From NCBI GenBank assembly GCA_963790215.1, contig CAWBNS010000013.1, positions 54,000 to 117,999 of the forward strand: 64,000 bases of DNA, given 5' to 3'. The translations under genes were made by a program, and so were the position numbers. A model generated the notes under the pieces. That model saw nothing but the letters and a program-made list of their open reading frames with translations, was not told the DNA's origin and did no database searches. This DNA comes from an uncultured Chlamydiae bacterium (GTDB taxonomy: Bacteria > Chlamydiota > Chlamydiia > Chlamydiales > JAJFMA01). Positions 53,254 to 62,022 of the stretch are shown one piece after another (the stretch's first letter is position 1; every line of letters begins with the position of its first letter).

Positions 53254-53744
53254 TCGTTGATTATATCCTCGGTACCATTCTCATTTTCTCTTCGCTGGGC
53301 GTGCTGCTGTTCCGCAAACCCGTGCACGCAAGCCTTTCTTTTTTGCTGACATTGCTTGCACTTGCCGCTCTCTATTTGCAACTCTCCGCCGAATTCATCG
53401 CCGTGATGCAAGTCCTTGTCTACGCAGGGGCTATCTTAGTTATTTTCATGTTCGTGATCGTTCTCTTCCAAGACGCTCATCAGCAGATCGAAAAATATGA
53501 AAGCCAAAGCGCACCCGTGTTGTTGATCGGTGCTGCCTCCGCCCTCGTCATTACACTCTTATTTCTTGGACACAGACTACTTGGCTTAACAACACCACGC
53601 GCACAACTACCTGAGGGATACGGAAGTGTACAGTCACTTGGACATGCGCTCTATCTGGATTTCTTCTTCCCTTTTGAAGCAGTCATCCTGATGTTTCTCG
53701 TCGCGGTCGTAGGAGCGCTATACATTGGAAAAAAGGTGAAATGA
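53250..53744 (+). CDS. nuoJ: NADH-quinone oxidoreductase subunit J
   Basis: Position in the operon, a hydrophobic protein, and VYAGAILVIFMFVI. Confidence 0.85.
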   Translation: MIVDYILGTILIFSSLGVLLFRKPVHASLSFLLTLLALAALYLQLSAEFIAVMQVLVYAGAILVIFMFVIVLFQDAHQQIEKYESQSAPVLLIGAASALVITLLFLGHRLLGLTTPRAQLPEGYGSVQSLGHALYLDFFFPFEAVILMFLVAVVGALYIGKKVK

Positions 53745-54043
53745 TGGATATATCGCTCTTCGTCTTTGTCAGCATGGCTATGTTCGCCATAGGAATCATC
53801 GGTGTATTAGCTAAACGCAATGCGCTGATTTTGTTTCTCTCCATCGAACTCATGCTCAACGCTGCAAATCTGCTGTTTGTCACGTTTGCACGCCAATGGG
53901 GCAATCAGACCGGGCTTGTTTGGGTATTCTTTGTTCTCGTTGTTGCCGCCGCAGAAGCCGCAGTAGGCCTCGCGATTATCATCAATCTGTTCCGCTCAAA
54001 ACAGGTTGTCGATGTAGATCAATACAATGTTTTGAAGGGGTAA
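53741..54043 (+). CDS. nuoK: NADH-quinone oxidoreductase subunit K
   Basis: 100 aa with SIELMLNAANL and AAAEAAVGLAI. Confidence 0.9.
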   Translation: MMDISLFVFVSMAMFAIGIIGVLAKRNALILFLSIELMLNAANLLFVTFARQWGNQTGLVWVFFVLVVAAAEAAVGLAIIINLFRSKQVVDVDQYNVLKG

Positions 54044-54063
54044 CCAATACGATGATACGAGAA

Positions 54064-54179
54064 TTTTTGGAGTGCGGCGACTTGTCGCCGCTTTTATACA
54101 GCTCGACTTGTCGAGCTGCCAGAGGCATCGACAAGTCGATGCCTTTGAAAGCGGCGACAAGTCGCCGCACTCCAAAAAA
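54064..54179. repeat. Compound hairpin element with four CGAC(TT/AA)GTCG palindromic cores, in the nuoK-nuoL spacer
   Basis: The outer arms are ttttggagtgcggcgacttgtcgccgcttt and aaagcggcgacaagtcgccgcactccaaaa. Inside are agctcgacttgtcgagct and ggcatcgacaagtcgatgcc. Confidence 0.9.
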
Positions 54180-54197
54180 TAACACCCAGGAGACATC

Positions 54198-56061
54198 ATG
54201 CAACACCTAGCCTGGACCGGTCTTTTCTTACCTTTGTTGGGCTTCCTCATCATTTTGGCCTCATCACATTGCATCTCACGCCGTGTATGCAACTTCATCG
54301 CATGTGCCACAATAGGCCTTGCCTTCCTTTGCTTTGCCGCTATCGTCGCTTACGGCGACCATACTTACAACTTCACCCTCTTTTCCTGGATCCCCGTTAA
54401 AGGAATCAGTGCCGACTTTGCGATTCATCTCGATCATCTTTGTTGCTAATGACCATGATTATTACCGGAATAGGCTTTCTGATTCATGTTTATTCCACTG
54501 GATATATGGAACATGACGAAGACTACGCACGCTTTTTTGCCTGCATGAATTTTTTCGTCTTCAACATGCTTCTGTTGGTACTCGCAAGCAACTTGTTGCT
54601 GCTATTTGTGGGTTGGGAAGGCGTCGGCTTAGCGTCCTATCTCCTGATCGGTTACTACTACCATCGCCCAACCGCCGCACAAGCCGCTACAAAAGCCTTT
54701 GTCATCAACCGTATCGGGGACTGGGGACTACTTGTCGGTCTTCTACTGACCTTCCAAACTTTCGGCACAAGCGACATGTTAGCAGTTAACCAGCGTGCAG
54801 GACAAATCTTCGCAAATACAGCGCCGATCATCAGCTTGATCAGCCTCCTTTACTTCATTGGTGCCTCAGGGAAATCCGCACAACTACCGCTACACACATG
54901 GCTGCCCGATGCGATGGAAGGCCCCACACCCGTCTCCGCCCTGATCCACGCCGCAACCATGGTTACTGCAGGAGTATACCTAGTTGTACGCATGCACTCC
55001 GTCTTCTTTAAACGCACCTGAAGTTCTCTACTACATCGGTTGTGTCGGAGCCGCAACAGCCCTTTTTGCCTCCCTCTGCGCTATGGCACAACCTGATCTC
55101 AAACGTGTGTTGGCCTATTCCACCGTAAGCCAGCTTGGGTACATGTTCCTTGCCTGTGGCTCGGCGTTTCTATGCAGCTATGTTCCACCTCACCACACAC
55201 GCTTTTGTGAAGGCCCTACTCTTCCTCTCTGCCGGAAATGTCGTACACATGATGCAAGGCACCACCAACATGGAAGTGATGGGCGGTCTCTGGAAAAAAT
55301 TCCCCAAAACACACATCCTCTTCGCCATCGGCGCTCTTGCTATGTCGGGAATTCCCCCTCTAGCCATCTTCTTTTCGAAAGATCTCATCTTGGAAATAGA
55401 ATACACCGCCGGCTATCACGTGCTTTTTGGAGTTGGTGTTCTCGCAGCCGTGTTAACAGCCTTCTACCTCGCACGCGCTTACTGCCTCACTTTCCTAGGC
55501 AAGCCACGCGTCGAAGAAAAAATCTTCAAAACCATCAAAGAAGCACCAAGGCGCATGCTAGTGCCTGTCACTATACTTGCAATCCTCTCCCTTTGCGGCG
55601 GCTTTTTAGGATTCGGATTCGGCAAAATTCCACTGCTAGAACATTTCCTTCTGTCAGATGACCCCACACTAGAACCTATTGGAACCGGCGAGCTCGAGTT
55701 CTCCATAGACACATGGATCTCCATCGCTGCAGGCATCCTTGGCGTACTCATAGGCACACTCATGTATACACGATACTACGAGAAGCTCGGACCGCGCGTA
55801 CAGGTTTTACGAGAAGCGTTTTACCTCGACCAAATCTACTGGACACTAATCGCCAGACCAATCAGAGCCCTCGCTAAATTCATCTCTGTCTACGTAGAAC
55901 CTAATCTGTTCGACAGCTCCATACGTCTAGCCGTTAACGCCACACAACGCGACTCTGTGCGCTTACAACGCATGCAAAGCGGGCAAATCCGCTCCTATGT
56001 TGCATGGATGCTAATCGGATCCGTTCTCTTGATCGCGTACCTCACAGTGAAGGGGGCCTAA
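54198..56061 (+). pseudogene. nuoL: NADH-quinone oxidoreductase subunit L, interrupted by three frameshifts
   Basis: NuoL sequence continues across four ORFs in different frames. The junctions are near 54441 (LDHL|LLLMTMIITG), 55007-55012 ([16 protein letters not shown]) and 55167-55169 ([30 protein letters not shown]). Confidence 0.8.
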
Positions 56062-57422
56062 TGTCCATCACCAAGTCTATCGCCACCATACTCAGTCTCA
56101 TTCCGCTCGCCCTCCTTCTGTATGGACAACAAAGTTGGTTAGGCGCAGAACTCGACTACCTCTGGTTTCCTTCTCTTTCTATCCACTTTCACCTAGCTGT
56201 GGATGGTCTCTCCTTGGTTTTTCTCTATTTGACAGCCGTAATCATTCCCATCTCTATCCTCGCTTTTCCCAACACGGAAGATCGACAACCCGTTCTTTTT
56301 TATGGGCTGGTGCTTGTGCTAGAACTTCTCTTAATTGGATTTTTCACCGCGCGCGATCTGGCCTTTTTCACCTTCTTTTGGGAAGCGATGCTGTTGCCTC
56401 TCTACTTCATCATTAGTCTGTGGGGCGGACCACAACGCCAAGCCGCAGCGATGAAGTTTCTCGTCTACATGATCGCCGGCTCAGCCCTTATGGTCGCCGC
56501 CGTGTTGTTTCTGTACCTAGCTGGCAACACTTTCGATATAACAGCTCTTTCCAAAATCGCTGGCGGCCTTAAACAAGCGCCTTGGATCTGTGGAATCTTC
56601 CTTCTCGCTTTCGCCGTAAAAACGCCTCTTTTCCCATTTCACGCATGGCTCTCAGATGCCTACACCCAAGCACCCACTTCTGGAACAATTCTTCTCTCCG
56701 CTCTTCTCTCTAAGGCCGGCATCTACGGAATCGTGCGCATCGCCTTAGATTTCTTCCCGCATCTCATGATCGACTGGGCTCCCTTCTTACTTAGCTTCGC
56801 CGTCGCGGGTGTCTTCTACGGAGGCCTCGCCGCTTGGCGTCAAAAAGACTTCAAACGGCTCATCGCCTACAGCAGCTTCTCGCATGTGAATTTCATTCTG
56901 GTCGGACTCTTCGTCTACAGCCAAGTCGCACATACTGGCGCCATCTTGCAGGCACTAAACCATGGCATCACAATTACAGGACTGTTTCTCGTTGCGTGGT
57001 GGTTGGAAGAGCGCCTCGGCACAACTGCACTTGGGCAAGTACATGGCCTCGCCAAATTTCTCCCACACCTTTGTTGGCTCACGCTCTTTTTCGTTCTCTC
57101 CTCGGTAGCACTCCCAGGCACCAACAGCTTTGTAGGAGAACTCCTCATCCTCTTTGGTCTCTTCGGACATAACGCTTACCTCGCGGCGTTTCTCGCCCTC
57201 TCAGTCATTCTTTCTGTGCTTTACATGCTCCGCTTCATGCAAGAGGTCTACTTCCAAGCCCCCACTTTCTTTCAACCACGATGGGTCGACATCCAAACCA
57301 AGCAGTTCTTCCTCGCACTGCCACTCGTCGCCCTAATCCTCTGGATCGGTATCTATCCCAAACCAGTACTAGAACAAATTCAAAATCACGTTGAAGCCTA
57401 CCACACGGAGAACATCACATGA
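56061..57422 (+). CDS. nuoM: NADH-quinone oxidoreductase subunit M
   Basis: ATG 56061 overlaps the nuoL stop (TAATG). The protein is typical of NuoM, with FPFHAWLSDAY. Confidence 0.9.
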   Translation: MSITKSIATILSLIPLALLLYGQQSWLGAELDYLWFPSLSIHFHLAVDGLSLVFLYLTAVIIPISILAFPNTEDRQPVLFYGLVLVLELLLIGFFTARDLAFFTFFWEAMLLPLYFIISLWGGPQRQAAAMKFLVYMIAGSALMVAAVLFLYLAGNTFDITALSKIAGGLKQAPWICGIFLLAFAVKTPLFPFHAWLSDAYTQAPTSGTILLSALLSKAGIYGIVRIALDFFPHLMIDWAPFLLSFAVAGVFYGGLAAWRQKDFKRLIAYSSFSHVNFILVGLFVYSQVAHTGAILQALNHGITITGLFLVAWWLEERLGTTALGQVHGLAKFLPHLCWLTLFFVLSSVALPGTNSFVGELLILFGLFGHNAYLAAFLALSVILSVLYMLRFMQEVYFQAPTFFQPRWVDIQTKQFFLALPLVALILWIGIYPKPVLEQIQNHVEAYHTENIT

Positions 57423-58861
57423 CCGCCGCTCTATCCACGACGGACCTATACGCCCTTAGCCCCCTCCTCATCGTATTAGGAACAGCCCTCTTGATTCTAC
57501 TGCTAGAGAGCTTCACCGTAGAATTCGCAAAAAAATACTCCTCCACCCTTGTTATGCTAGGCTTAACCAGCGCCATCATCGCCAACTGGTATGCTCCTGC
57601 AAGCACAAACCCCTTACTCACCCCATGGCTAAAATTCGATCACCTCACCCAACTATTCACCCTCTTTTTTCTTGTGATCGGTCTCGCCACAACCTTACTC
57701 TCCGCAGCTTTCTTTCAACGCTACGAGGCCACACACGGTGAATACTATTTCCTACTTCTCTCCGCACTGTTTGGATTAATCCTGATCGGTGCCTCAGCCG
57801 ATTTCCTCACTCTCTTTCTCGGATTAGAAACCCTCTCCATCGCTCTCTACGTACTTTGTGGCTACATGAAAGCTTGGGAACTATCGCATGAATCATCGAT
57901 GAAGTATTTCCTAATGGGAGCCATCGCCGCTGCCTGCCTACTCTACGGTATCGCCCTCATCTATGGCGCTGTCGGTACGACCCGCTTCGACGCACTCCTG
58001 AGCGGATATCAAAGCCTGCAGACTAGCTCAGCGCAAGCTCTCTTCATGAGTGGCATCGCATTGGTTACTTTGGGACTCGCCTTTAAAGCAGCCATCGTAC
58101 CTTTTCACGTGTGGGCGCCAGACGTCTATGAAGGCGCTCCCACACCCGTCACAGCTTTTATGGCCGTTGGGACCAAGGTAGGCGCTTTCGCCGCATTTAT
58201 TCGCGTTTTTCTTCTCGCGTTGCCGCAATTTAGTCCAGTATGGAACGAAGCCATCAGCTTCCTGGCCTATCCGACTCTTATCTATGCCAATTTCGTCGCT
58301 CTCCGACAAGTGCAACTCAGACGCTTCTTTGCTTATTCAGGCATATCTCACGCAGGCTTTTTGCTGATTCCTCTCGCTGCCGGAACCACTGAAGCTCTTT
58401 CTGCCATGCTATTCTACCTTGTTGTCTACGCCATAGCCACGCTGGGGGCCTTCTCAGTCCTCGCCTTCGTCGATCAACGCAAACAAGGCGCCATCTTGCA
58501 CGACCTTACCGGGCTCATGCATCGCTCGCCTCTACTAGCAGGCATCCTGGCCCTCTGCCTCCTAACCCTTGCTGGAATCCCACCTACCGCAGGCTTTTTC
58601 GCTAAATTCTACCTCTTCAAAGTCGCTTTCGATGCCGGCTTCTACGCCCTTGTCATCGTTGGACTCCTCACCACCATCCTCTCCGCCTACTACTACCTCC
58701 GCATCATCGGCGTCATGCTCGCCAATACCTCTGAGGAGCCAGCAGAAACCCATCGCTTCTACCCCGCCACTACCCTAGCCCTCATCTGCTTCGCCGCCAT
58801 CCTACTCGTCTCCATCTTCCCCACACCACTCCTCAAATGGACTGAATTTAGAGTCGGCTAA
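57419..58861 (+). CDS. nuoN: NADH-quinone oxidoreductase subunit N
   Basis: ATGA overlap with nuoM, and VPFHVWAPDVYEGAPTPVTAF. Confidence 0.9.
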   Translation: MTAALSTTDLYALSPLLIVLGTALLILLLESFTVEFAKKYSSTLVMLGLTSAIIANWYAPASTNPLLTPWLKFDHLTQLFTLFFLVIGLATTLLSAAFFQRYEATHGEYYFLLLSALFGLILIGASADFLTLFLGLETLSIALYVLCGYMKAWELSHESSMKYFLMGAIAAACLLYGIALIYGAVGTTRFDALLSGYQSLQTSSAQALFMSGIALVTLGLAFKAAIVPFHVWAPDVYEGAPTPVTAFMAVGTKVGAFAAFIRVFLLALPQFSPVWNEAISFLAYPTLIYANFVALRQVQLRRFFAYSGISHAGFLLIPLAAGTTEALSAMLFYLVVYAIATLGAFSVLAFVDQRKQGAILHDLTGLMHRSPLLAGILALCLLTLAGIPPTAGFFAKFYLFKVAFDAGFYALVIVGLLTTILSAYYYLRIIGVMLANTSEEPAETHRFYPATTLALICFAAILLVSIFPTPLLKWTEFRVG

Positions 58862-58904
58862 TATCTTGAATCGCTGCCGCCAAGGTGAGCGAGCTGCGAG
58901 CTCC

Positions 58905-58941
58905 CTGGAGTGCGGCGCTCCGCGCCGCCTTGTTCTTGTTA
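58905..58941 (+). terminator. Truncated TGGAGTGCGG-type hairpin after nuoN (possible operon terminator)
   Basis: ctggagt gcggcgc tcc gcgccgc, followed by the T-rich cttgttcttgtta. It has only a left-hand family terminus. Confidence 0.35.
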
Positions 58942-59109
58942 TGGATAGGCAATAATCATGGTAAATTGGCCTCACGCGCCACCACACCAGTTACCGAGTG
59001 TGACACTATTTCTCCAAAAAATTCACTAAGGAATTTCTCCATAAGGCATCGGCCTTTAAAACCCGTGCCAGAGGGCTTAGCGATAAGCCTCTTCCTAAAC
59101 CGACACGAA

Positions 59110-62022
59110 TCACCGCAAACCCGAAATTTTACCAGAGACGTTGAGCAAAACATCGGCCATTAAGGTTCTTGACAATGAGCTACGTAAATCCAGATCTAAA
59201 ATTAACGCGCGAGAATTACCTTGCGAGTACGACGTTGACATTGGGGCGAGTAAGATCATTGGAACATACCAATCCAATTCAAAATCCAAAGTAATATCAC
59301 CTTTACTAATATGAAGCCGATCGAACTTTCTTGCAGTATTCCAAAAAGAATAAATGGAAACTGATTCCAGTGCAAGACGAATACCCGCTTTATTTAGACT
59401 ATCTGGACTAAAAACACTGACAGAATCATCCAATAAAAAGGCGGCGACGGCAAAATCGACGCAGCTATTGGCGGAAAGTACCAATCCCGGTCTTCCTAAA
59501 GCCATAGTGCGAGCTTCCCAATCTGCGGCTCCATATAGATCCTTAATGAAGTTGATTTTAGCAACCATTGTCTCTCTCAACTGTTTCTTGGACTCTAAAC
59601 GTAGTTCTATGGAATCAAATGCTGCATCTATCTCCTCTTGCTTCATGATGATCTTTTCAACTTCCTTTAATTGAACTACCTGATCAAATAATCCTTTTAC
59701 TTCACTCAAAGCTTGCTCAATTAGCTGCTCAATTACTTGATTCTCTGCATTAAAACGAGCATTGTTCGACTTGATATACCCAACCAACTTATAGATACCT
59801 AGGGGAATTCCGATAGGTAGGGCGAGTCCTAACGTTGCCCAAGATCCGAGTTCAAAGCTTTTTACCACAGAATTTCCCGCAGCTTCCCTTGCCTGTCTTA
59901 GTTGGGCTTCAAGGTTTATCCATTCCTGATCGGCTTCTTCGGATTTCTCGCCTAACAGATGTCCTAACCCCTTCAAACCCATAATATAGTTTTTAAGACG
60001 TACAGTCTCTGTTTCTAGCTGCTTACTACTTTTATACTTAGGAAACCGCGTTAAAACCATCTGAATCGTGGAAATTTGCAGCTCAGCTATAATTCCTTCG
60101 ATGTAATTAACAATACAGTTTTCCACAACTTTTCTACTGTATCCTCTTACTAACCGGGCATTCATTTCTGGAAGATGTAAAAACTCTCCGATCTGCGGTG
60201 CCCACGGCGTTATCGCCTTTATGAGACTAGTATCAAGGACTCGCTGCCTAAATTTTTTGTTATCCTCGAAATCGAGGTGGTAACCTTTTTTAGACTCAAG
60301 TTCCTCTCTAAGATTGTGCTGAAACCGCTGCTCCAACAGCCTTTCGTCACTTATTTCCAATGATAACTCATGATTGACCAGAACCTTTCCTACAGGCAAC
60401 TCTGACAGTGCTTGGATACAAGTCGCTAAACTATCTTCCATCTCCAAATGCGCAAATCGAGCAAGGTGGGTCAGCCCTATCTGCGTTAACAATTGATTTT
60501 CTATTTCTTGAATCGCACGCCTCAGCTCTATCTTCTCTTCCGTATCCGGCAAGTTCCCAAGGGAAAATTGTGTCCTTGCGCGCTGGAGGTCAGCAAACTT
60601 TTCCCTCTTCTGATTTAGTTGAACCTCTAGACTCGGCATCTGCAAGACAAGCGTCTCAAGCAATGCAATCTCAGCTTCTAGAGTAATTTCCTCTTTCGAC
60701 GGAGCTGATAACTCCATTCTTTGCTGCGCTTCAATACTTTCAAGCCGTACGAAGTCAGAATTTTGTACGTATTTTGTAATTCCTAAAACACAGTGATCCT
60801 TGTTTGCTAGCAAACGGCTAAGCCTAGCTCCTAAACGTGCTGCAGTCGCATAACGATCCTCAACGTTGGTGATCGATTCAAGAACAATCACCTTAGGACC
60901 ATACCTCTTGATCAAAAAGATTAACGCCAATTCCATCCCTAATCCAACAAGCGGACCGCTAGAATCATCAAATCCCGCAAGGTCCCCAATGATTCTCCGG
61001 TCGGATACTGTCTCAATATTTGGCAAAAAGGTGCAAGAAATCGCCTTCTCGTTGCCGATAATCCCGCCCATGTCGCCTTGAGAAGCATAACAGGACCCCT
61101 GACGCTCCATCTTATCCCCTCTAAGAAAAGACAAAGTGGTTGATTTCCCCGCTCCAGAGCCCCCTATAAGAAAGGTAATCTCACAATCTTTCCAATTGGC
61201 AGGCATAGCCTCCTTGACTTTCTTAATGATCGCAGCTCTCGTTTCCAAAACGATCCGCGAAATCTCAGAGAAAGAAATTTGTTCACAAGCCTCGATCCGA
61301 GCATTACGATTCGGAAGCGCTCTCATGGTGATCAAATGCAGATAAAGAGAGAGAAAACCATTGTCCAAAATTTCATTTAGATAGGCCGGGTAGTTTTTAA
61401 AATCTCCCTGCTGTAACTTTACGAGCTCAACTTTTTCATCTTCGACCGTACGCCTTCTTTCTCGATCTTCAATCAGCAGCTTCCTCTTTTGTTCAATCAC
61501 TTTAGTAAGTCGTTCATTAAGATCTGACCCAAGCAAAGACGCGACATCATGATTGAATTGCTCCTCGGATCGACAGAAGGGGATCATAAACGCAATTCTA
61601 GCTTTATCGCCTTCGCTAAAATCTCTTCGTAACGCTGCAAATGCCACATCAAACCCACAACTTTCAACAAAATTCTGCAAATGATAGACGGATAGAATAT
61701 CCTCGAATTTTCTTAACTTTGGCTTTTCCACCAAAACGGCCTGCACCTTTTCAATCACCTTGCTTAATGGCATAGAAGTGGTGATTGAGAAGCTGGACTC
61801 ATCTCGAAGCGCAGCGTCGAGCGAGCAATAAATTTGATTAATATCCTCCACATCATGCCAACAGAGGATCGGTTTGGTTAGAATTTTTATAAATAGCTCC
61901 ATTATTGAATTGTCAATCGGAACAGCTGGTCTAAACGGAGTACGCTTCCCGTTGATTTGACTGCAATAACTCGATTTAACCTCTAGAGGTTGTAATCGTA
62001 CATAACTCTTAACATCCATCAT
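59110..62022 (-). CDS. Large (970 aa) P-loop GTPase-like coiled-coil protein with a predicted membrane hairpin
   Basis: G1 is FLIGGSGAGKSTTL, G3-like is IGDLAGFDD, and a possible degenerate G4 is GITKYV. There are extensive coiled-coil regions. The hydrophobic hairpin SWATLGLALPIGIPLGIYKLVGYI lies about 455 aa after the P-loop. The start ATG directly abuts the upstream stop. Confidence 0.5.
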   Translation of the reverse strand: MMDVKSYVRLQPLEVKSSYCSQINGKRTPFRPAVPIDNSIMELFIKILTKPILCWHDVEDINQIYCSLDAALRDESSFSITTSMPLSKVIEKVQAVLVEKPKLRKFEDILSVYHLQNFVESCGFDVAFAALRRDFSEGDKARIAFMIPFCRSEEQFNHDVASLLGSDLNERLTKVIEQKRKLLIEDRERRRTVEDEKVELVKLQQGDFKNYPAYLNEILDNGFLSLYLHLITMRALPNRNARIEACEQISFSEISRIVLETRAAIIKKVKEAMPANWKDCEITFLIGGSGAGKSTTLSFLRGDKMERQGSCYASQGDMGGIIGNEKAISCTFLPNIETVSDRRIIGDLAGFDDSSGPLVGLGMELALIFLIKRYGPKVIVLESITNVEDRYATAARLGARLSRLLANKDHCVLGITKYVQNSDFVRLESIEAQQRMELSAPSKEEITLEAEIALLETLVLQMPSLEVQLNQKREKFADLQRARTQFSLGNLPDTEEKIELRRAIQEIENQLLTQIGLTHLARFAHLEMEDSLATCIQALSELPVGKVLVNHELSLEISDERLLEQRFQHNLREELESKKGYHLDFEDNKKFRQRVLDTSLIKAITPWAPQIGEFLHLPEMNARLVRGYSRKVVENCIVNYIEGIIAELQISTIQMVLTRFPKYKSSKQLETETVRLKNYIMGLKGLGHLLGEKSEEADQEWINLEAQLRQAREAAGNSVVKSFELGSWATLGLALPIGIPLGIYKLVGYIKSNNARFNAENQVIEQLIEQALSEVKGLFDQVVQLKEVEKIIMKQEEIDAAFDSIELRLESKKQLRETMVAKINFIKDLYGAADWEARTMALGRPGLVLSANSCVDFAVAAFLLDDSVSVFSPDSLNKAGIRLALESVSIYSFWNTARKFDRLHISKGDITLDFELDWYVPMILLAPMSTSYSQGNSRALILDLDLRSSLSRTLMADVLLNVSGKISGLR

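Noticed and set aside
53896-54310. ORFs 53896-54210 (+), 53982-54206 (-) and 53996-54310 (-), containing ECGDLSPL / SGDKSPHSK / KAATSRRTPK strings.
   Set aside because: These are translations of the compound hairpin at 54064-54179 in several frames, overlapping nuoK and nuoL.
54984-55661. A 225-aa ORF listed as a separate protein, with an Arg/Ser/His-rich tail.
   Set aside because: Only its first ~55 aa ([48 protein letters not shown]) are NuoL sequence. The rest is out-of-frame read-through after the third nuoL frameshift.
58802-59163. Small ORFs in the nuoN-to-GTPase-gene spacer: 58802-58987 (-), 58885-59163 (+) and 58956-59153 (-).
   Set aside because: They overlap each other and gene ends, and have no RBS or recognisable domains. 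The region is better explained as a convergent terminator spacer with a truncated hairpin repeat.
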